DNA from: Candidatus Latescibacterota bacterium
GTDB taxonomy: Bacteria > Latescibacterota > UBA2968
Assembly: GCA_965222605.1 (NCBI GenBank)
Contig: OZ244960.1
Location: forward strand, 4,704,001-4,768,000
DNA length: 64,000 bases
Reading direction: 5' to 3'
Part shown: piece after piece, positions 59,845-64,000 of the stretch
Layout: every line of letters begins with the position of its first letter
Position numbering within the stretch: the stretch's first letter is position 1
The notes under the pieces: model-generated
Databases searched by the model: none
What the model was told of the DNA's origin: nothing
The model's input: the letters and a program-made list of their open reading frames with translations, nothing else
Made by a program: the position numbers and the translations under genes

Positions 59845-60585
59845 TCATAGCAGATCATTACTTAAAATTGTTGGGCACCAGAATTTTTCAATATACGAGA
59901 TTACCAATTGTGTGCCCGCTTCATGGCTCACATAAGGCGGCTTTGCCGGGTTGTACATCGCATCGGTCAAATCTCGAATTAGCGCGACCTGGATGCCCCA
60001 GCGCGTCATTTGTTTGATTGCAAATGTGCGATGCAATACACACATGTTGGTATGCACGCCCATGATGAGCATTTTGTCGATTTCCCGGTGCTGCATATAA
60101 CTATAAATTTCTTGTCCCTGATCGGAAATAATATCCCGTTTCTGGTCAATATCTATCCCTGCGTGTTGCCGCGTCCAGACCTGCGTATTGATTTTTTTAG
60201 GATCTTCCCCTGTGTCTGACCCGCCATCCGAATCATCGATTGGCAGTGGGGGATCAGAGTGATCCAGATTTTCAGGCGGTTCAACGGATGGGACATCCAA
60301 TACCCGTCTCCGCGCAGGCGTGTTGGCATAAACATCGAGCGTGCCCGAGGGGGCGTGAATAATGGTTATACCTTGCTTTCGCGCGCTTTGCACAACGGCG
60401 TTCATGCGGGGAATCATCGCTTCTAATCGCTCGACCGCACCGCGACACCAGTGGTTGTTCCACACATCGCATAACAGCAGGACTGTTTGCTCGGGAGGCC
60501 AATAGATCCGTTCTGTTATTGTTTCCCAAACCGTATGTTCACTGTCATCCCACAATAAGGACTGCCTCTGCATGGTCAAGTTCAC
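59845..60585 (-). CDS. Isochorismatase-family cysteine hydrolase
   Basis: LLCDVW and GVHTNMC motifs; AGGAGG RBS. Confidence 0.85.
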   Translation of the reverse strand: MNLTMQRQSLLWDDSEHTVWETITERIYWPPEQTVLLLCDVWNNHWCRGAVERLEAMIPRMNAVVQSARKQGITIIHAPSGTLDVYANTPARRRVLDVPSVEPPENLDHSDPPLPIDDSDGGSDTGEDPKKINTQVWTRQHAGIDIDQKRDIISDQGQEIYSYMQHREIDKMLIMGVHTNMCVLHRTFAIKQMTRWGIQVALIRDLTDAMYNPAKPPYVSHEAGTQLVISYIEKFWCPTILSNDLL

Positions 60586-60618
60586 GATACACCTCCTGTA
60601 TTAGCGGTCAGCCGCTTC

Positions 60619-61413
60619 TCAATACCTCACATCAACCAGCCACGCGCTTTTGGGATTTTTTTCCCAGTGTTGGCGCAGTACCTGTTCGTTTGGGCAAAAT
60701 TCACCGCGATAGGCGACTCCACCATGAGAAATATTAAAGCTCATGGCGACTTCATCTTCGCCCGCATCAACCCAGTGGGGCGTTAATAACTGGTTCCACA
60801 GCAAATCGCCGGGCTGCATGTCATAGGTCAAAATATCTGTCGGATCTATTTGGGGGATATCAATGCGCGTAACGCCCGTTCGATTTTCCACGAGTTTCTG
60901 AACAGGTTCGCGTTTTTCCGGTTCTAAAAACCCGTGAAAGTGTTTTTCCCCATAAACTTGCCACGCGAGTACATGCGAAGAATCTGCATGATAGGTTGAG
61001 CTACACCCTTTTCCAGAGATAAAAATAATGGGATAACATCTTTGCCACGTAAATCCGAGTTGAGACAGGAATGTGCGCCAGGGAACCATCACACATTCTT
61101 GAAAGTGTTCGAGGAATTGTCCCGCGCCATAAAAATTTTGCAAATGAAAATGCGCCAGACTAATCGGCATTTCGACGGCTTTTTCTATGGGGGCAGTCTT
61201 AAATTTTTCGACCAGAGCATTTTGCTCTGCATCGCTCAAGCTGTCATCTAAAAATTGAATACGGGCCTCGGAATCGCGCCGCAAAATATCTATAACTTCT
61301 TCGACGGACCTGAGTGGCATTTCAAATTTGAACAACTCAGAATCGATAAGAAAATTTCGCTCGCCATTCCAGAACTGGCGAAAATCGTCTGCTGTCCTGG
61401 CAATCAGGTGCAT
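60619..61413 (-). CDS. JmjC/cupin-like 2OG-Fe(II) protein
   Basis: YHAD (HxD), WQVYGEK and PGDLL...PHWV motifs. Confidence 0.75.
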   Translation of the reverse strand: MHLIARTADDFRQFWNGERNFLIDSELFKFEMPLRSVEEVIDILRRDSEARIQFLDDSLSDAEQNALVEKFKTAPIEKAVEMPISLAHFHLQNFYGAGQFLEHFQECVMVPWRTFLSQLGFTWQRCYPIIFISGKGCSSTYHADSSHVLAWQVYGEKHFHGFLEPEKREPVQKLVENRTGVTRIDIPQIDPTDILTYDMQPGDLLWNQLLTPHWVDAGEDEVAMSFNISHGGVAYRGEFCPNEQVLRQHWEKNPKSAWLVDVRY

Positions 61414-61509
61414 TGTTTGCTCCTGTGGTTAAGTGAGGAGTTAGCCCCTTTAACATACATCATCGCACAAAGAGATTCAAGCGATCAAGATAGGGCGGCA
61501 TGAAGTTAC

Positions 61510-61538
61510 TTGACAGTAAATTTTCTTGTATTCATTAT
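61510..61538 (+). promoter_or_regulatory. Sigma70 promoter
   Basis: TTGACA-N17-CATTAT. Confidence 0.55.
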
Positions 61539-61571
61539 GTACTATCAATTCCCACATATAGGAGGCTCAAG

Positions 61572-62795
61572 ATGAAAATCACCGATATTGAAGTCATCCC
61601 GATTGCGATGCCATTGGCAAAACGCTACGATAACCATCACGGACGCACGCGTATGTACGATATCGATCAGCATGTGGTGGTCAAAATCCATACGGATAAT
61701 GGCTTGATTGGCTATGGCGATTACGAAGACCGTTCTGCAATTGCGTCCGAGGAAATCGAGCCGTTGATTGGCCGCAATCCCTTTGACTTTTTGCACAATA
61801 ATTTCAATATGGCTCTTGGCATGGCGCTCTACGATGTTATGGGTAAGTACCTCGAAGTGCCTGCCCATAAGCTCCTGGGGCAAAAGGTGAGAGATGCAGT
61901 ACCTGCGGCGGCATGGACGCGGCCCTGCCCGCCCGAAGTGTTTGCCGAAGAGATCCAGCGCGCTGTCGATCAGGGGTATCGCATTTTCAAAATGCACTCC
62001 GACGTGCGATATGATGTTATTGAACAAACGCGAGCCGCTGCCGAGGTCGCGCCATCGGGCTTTAAGCTCCACTGGGATTTTAACCACAACCGCACGATGG
62101 GTGTTGTGCTTCCCATTGTTGCCGAGCTCGAACGCAATTATCCGGTGGTCGGTTTTATTGAAGACCCACTGCCCTGGGCCGATATTGATGGTTGGCGCAC
62201 ATTGAGACAAAAAACGCAACTGCCCCTTATTATGCACAATCCCCAACTCGGCGGTATGCAGGAAGTCTTACACGGCACTGCTGATATTTACATGATTGGT
62301 GGCCGCATTGGCGATACCATGCAAAAGGGATTTGCGTACGGTCAGGCCAATATCCAGACGCTTCTCCAGCAATCGGGCAATACCCTGATGAAGGCTTTTA
62401 CGTTGCATCAGGCGGCGGTCTTGCCCACGGCAACTGCGCATATTATCACCCTGGACGATCAATACGAAGACGATATTACCACATCACAACTGCTACCGAC
62501 CGAAGGCTTTTGTCGCGTGCCCGAGGGTGCGGGGCTCGGTGTTGAGGTCGATGAAGAGAAACTCAAGCAGGCCGCCCAACGCCAACACATTCCCAAACTC
62601 GATTTCATTGGCGTGATTCATTTGCCTTATGGACGCAAGTATTATACTCCCGGAGAACCCAATGTTCAAAATCTTACGGGCTTTGAAGAAGGCGCGTTGC
62701 GCGGTATCCATTTCGAACGCCTCGTCCAGGATGAATCTCCCGACTTTGAGCGCGTTCAAAAGCGGCTCGAGGAGGAGGGGCCATTTATTGAATAA
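61572..62795 (+). CDS. Mandelate racemase/muconate lactonizing enzyme family
   Basis: MKITDIE, MALYDVMGK, FKMH, DFN, IEDP and GLGVEVDE motifs; AGGAGG RBS. Confidence 0.9.
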   Translation: MKITDIEVIPIAMPLAKRYDNHHGRTRMYDIDQHVVVKIHTDNGLIGYGDYEDRSAIASEEIEPLIGRNPFDFLHNNFNMALGMALYDVMGKYLEVPAHKLLGQKVRDAVPAAAWTRPCPPEVFAEEIQRAVDQGYRIFKMHSDVRYDVIEQTRAAAEVAPSGFKLHWDFNHNRTMGVVLPIVAELERNYPVVGFIEDPLPWADIDGWRTLRQKTQLPLIMHNPQLGGMQEVLHGTADIYMIGGRIGDTMQKGFAYGQANIQTLLQQSGNTLMKAFTLHQAAVLPTATAHIITLDDQYEDDITTSQLLPTEGFCRVPEGAGLGVEVDEEKLKQAAQRQHIPKLDFIGVIHLPYGRKYYTPGEPNVQNLTGFEEGALRGIHFERLVQDESPDFERVQKRLEEEGPFIE

Positions 62796-62800
62796 AAATA

Positions 62801-62832
62801 AACAGGACATCTCCATAAAGAAATGTCCTGTT
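62801..62832. terminator. Hairpin between convergent genes
   Basis: AACAGGACAT...ATGTCCTGTT. Confidence 0.65.
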
Positions 62833-62858
62833 GCGCGTTGGATGATCGGTCGCCCTGA

Positions 62859-63263
62859 CTATACCTCTAATCTTTCGCCAGTATTTTCTTCGTGTTCATT
62901 GGCGATGACGTAATAGACAAGGTCCTCGGTATCACTTCCATTTCGAATGCGATGGCGCGTACCTGCGGGTTGCATCATGCAATCACCGGCAACGGCTTCA
63001 ACTGTCTCTCCATTGCGTTGCACGATTGCCTTTCCCGATACGATAATAAAAAACTCCCACCAATGACTGTGTGCGTGAACAGGACAGGGACGCGCTCCCG
63101 GCGGCACGCGAGTCAATTCGACATCAAACGGATGGGGGGTGTCTTCTGTGTTGCCCAGTGCGACCGATATATGCTGGCGATAGCGTTCATAGTTGCCATC
63201 TTGCCATTGCCATATCTGATGTTCTTCGGGCACATCTTTGAGGTTAACTTTCCAGTTTGACAT
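62859..63263 (-). CDS. Cupin domain protein
   Basis: PVHAHSHWWEFFIIVSG...PAGTRH. Confidence 0.85.
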   Translation of the reverse strand: MSNWKVNLKDVPEEHQIWQWQDGNYERYRQHISVALGNTEDTPHPFDVELTRVPPGARPCPVHAHSHWWEFFIIVSGKAIVQRNGETVEAVAGDCMMQPAGTRHRIRNGSDTEDLVYYVIANEHEENTGERLEV

Positions 63264-64000
63264 ATTTTTTCCTTTTTTTAAAAAATCGATCTACATCACG
63301 AGGTGGCGTGGTGGCGAAAGATACGAGGATGAGAATGAGGGCGGAAACAGGGACGATAATACCGGCGGGGATCAGGCCGGTTCCACCAATACTGTAAGCG
63401 CCTTCTACATTCAGGGAATTGGCATAAAAAAATAGCCATAGACCAATCACGCTCAGAATTGCCGCGGCTGCGCCCTGCTTTGTGCTGCGTTTCCAATACA
63501 GCGCGCCGACGAATACGGGCACCAATCCCGCGAAACCCGTGAGTGACCATGCGCCGAGTTCAAAAATTGACCGCGTTGTAAATAGCGATGCGACAAAGGC
63601 CAGGACGAGAAATGCTGCGACAAATAGGCGTCCAAACAAGACTTGCTGTTTTTCGGATAACTGATTGTCAAAACCGTAAAATCGCACAATATCTTCGGTA
63701 AACATCGCGCCCAGGGCAAGAGTTTGAGAGTCGAGCGAAGACATAATTGCCGCAAAAACACCTGCCGCCAGGCACCCTGCCAGCACGCCGCCCGTATGTG
63801 CCAGAATTAATTCAATCAGAATGGGGCCGTTCAGCGGTGCCGTGAAATCGATGCGACCGACCATTCCCAGGGTGACACTGGGCACCCACACGGCGGCGAT
63901 ACACAGGGGATAGAATACAATAGGCGTTTGAAATGACCGCGCGGTTCGGGCGGAAAGCCAATGGCCGTAAATATGGGGAAATGCCGCAACACTGATAGGT
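63244..64000 (-). CDS. Sodium:solute symporter family protein (5' end outside the window)
   Basis: AAIMSSLDSQ, GRLFV and ALYWKRST motifs. Confidence 0.88.
   Translation of the reverse strand, partial: PISVAAFPHIYGHWLSARTARSFQTPIVFYPLCIAAVWVPSVTLGMVGRIDFTAPLNGPILIELILAHTGGVLAGCLAAGVFAAIMSSLDSQTLALGAMFTEDIVRFYGFDNQLSEKQQVLFGRLFVAAFLVLAFVASLFTTRSIFELGAWSLTGFAGLVPVFVGALYWKRSTKQGAAAAILSVIGLWLFFYANSLNVEGAYSIGGTGLIPAGIIVPVSALILILVSFATTPPRDVDRFFKKRKKYVKLES

Noticed and set aside
1-64000. Genome-wide UGA reassignment (genetic code 4 or 25)
   Set aside because: Many complete genes end normally at TGA (e.g. gltB, smc, uxuA), and Trp is encoded by TGG.

Overview
Bacterial chromosomal window of moderate GC, densely coding. 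Housekeeping genes: carA, pyrC, parE/parC (topoisomerase IV-type), gltBD, ferredoxin, a siroheme nitrite/sulfite reductase, moaA, smc and rraA. These are mixed with many catabolic paralogues: sulfatases, aldo/keto reductases, enolase-superfamily enzymes, a PhyH dioxygenase, CE15, GH113 and a DUF6785-type membrane protein. That mix suggests a Latescibacterota/Poribacteria-like sponge symbiont, which is inference only. No rRNA, tRNA, CRISPR array or transposase was seen. The best candidate for something new is an AbgB-like M20 amidohydrolase (47839-49161). Its metal-bridging Cys codon in the H-x-C-G-H motif is an in-frame TGA, followed by a SECIS-like hairpin, so it is a probable selenocysteine metallohydrolase. 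Other notable items: (1) an AT-rich three-gene island resembling a stand-alone Rhs-type (ART-like) toxin, a beta-barrel immunity protein and an unknown protein; (2) a 43-bp covarying hairpin repeat that truncates a VapC toxin; (3) a repeated pattern of antitoxins or methylases that are kept while their toxin or nuclease partners are reduced to stubs; (4) an orphan adenine methylase inside the parE-parC operon, with an AvaI/BsoBI-type R-M system directly after it.
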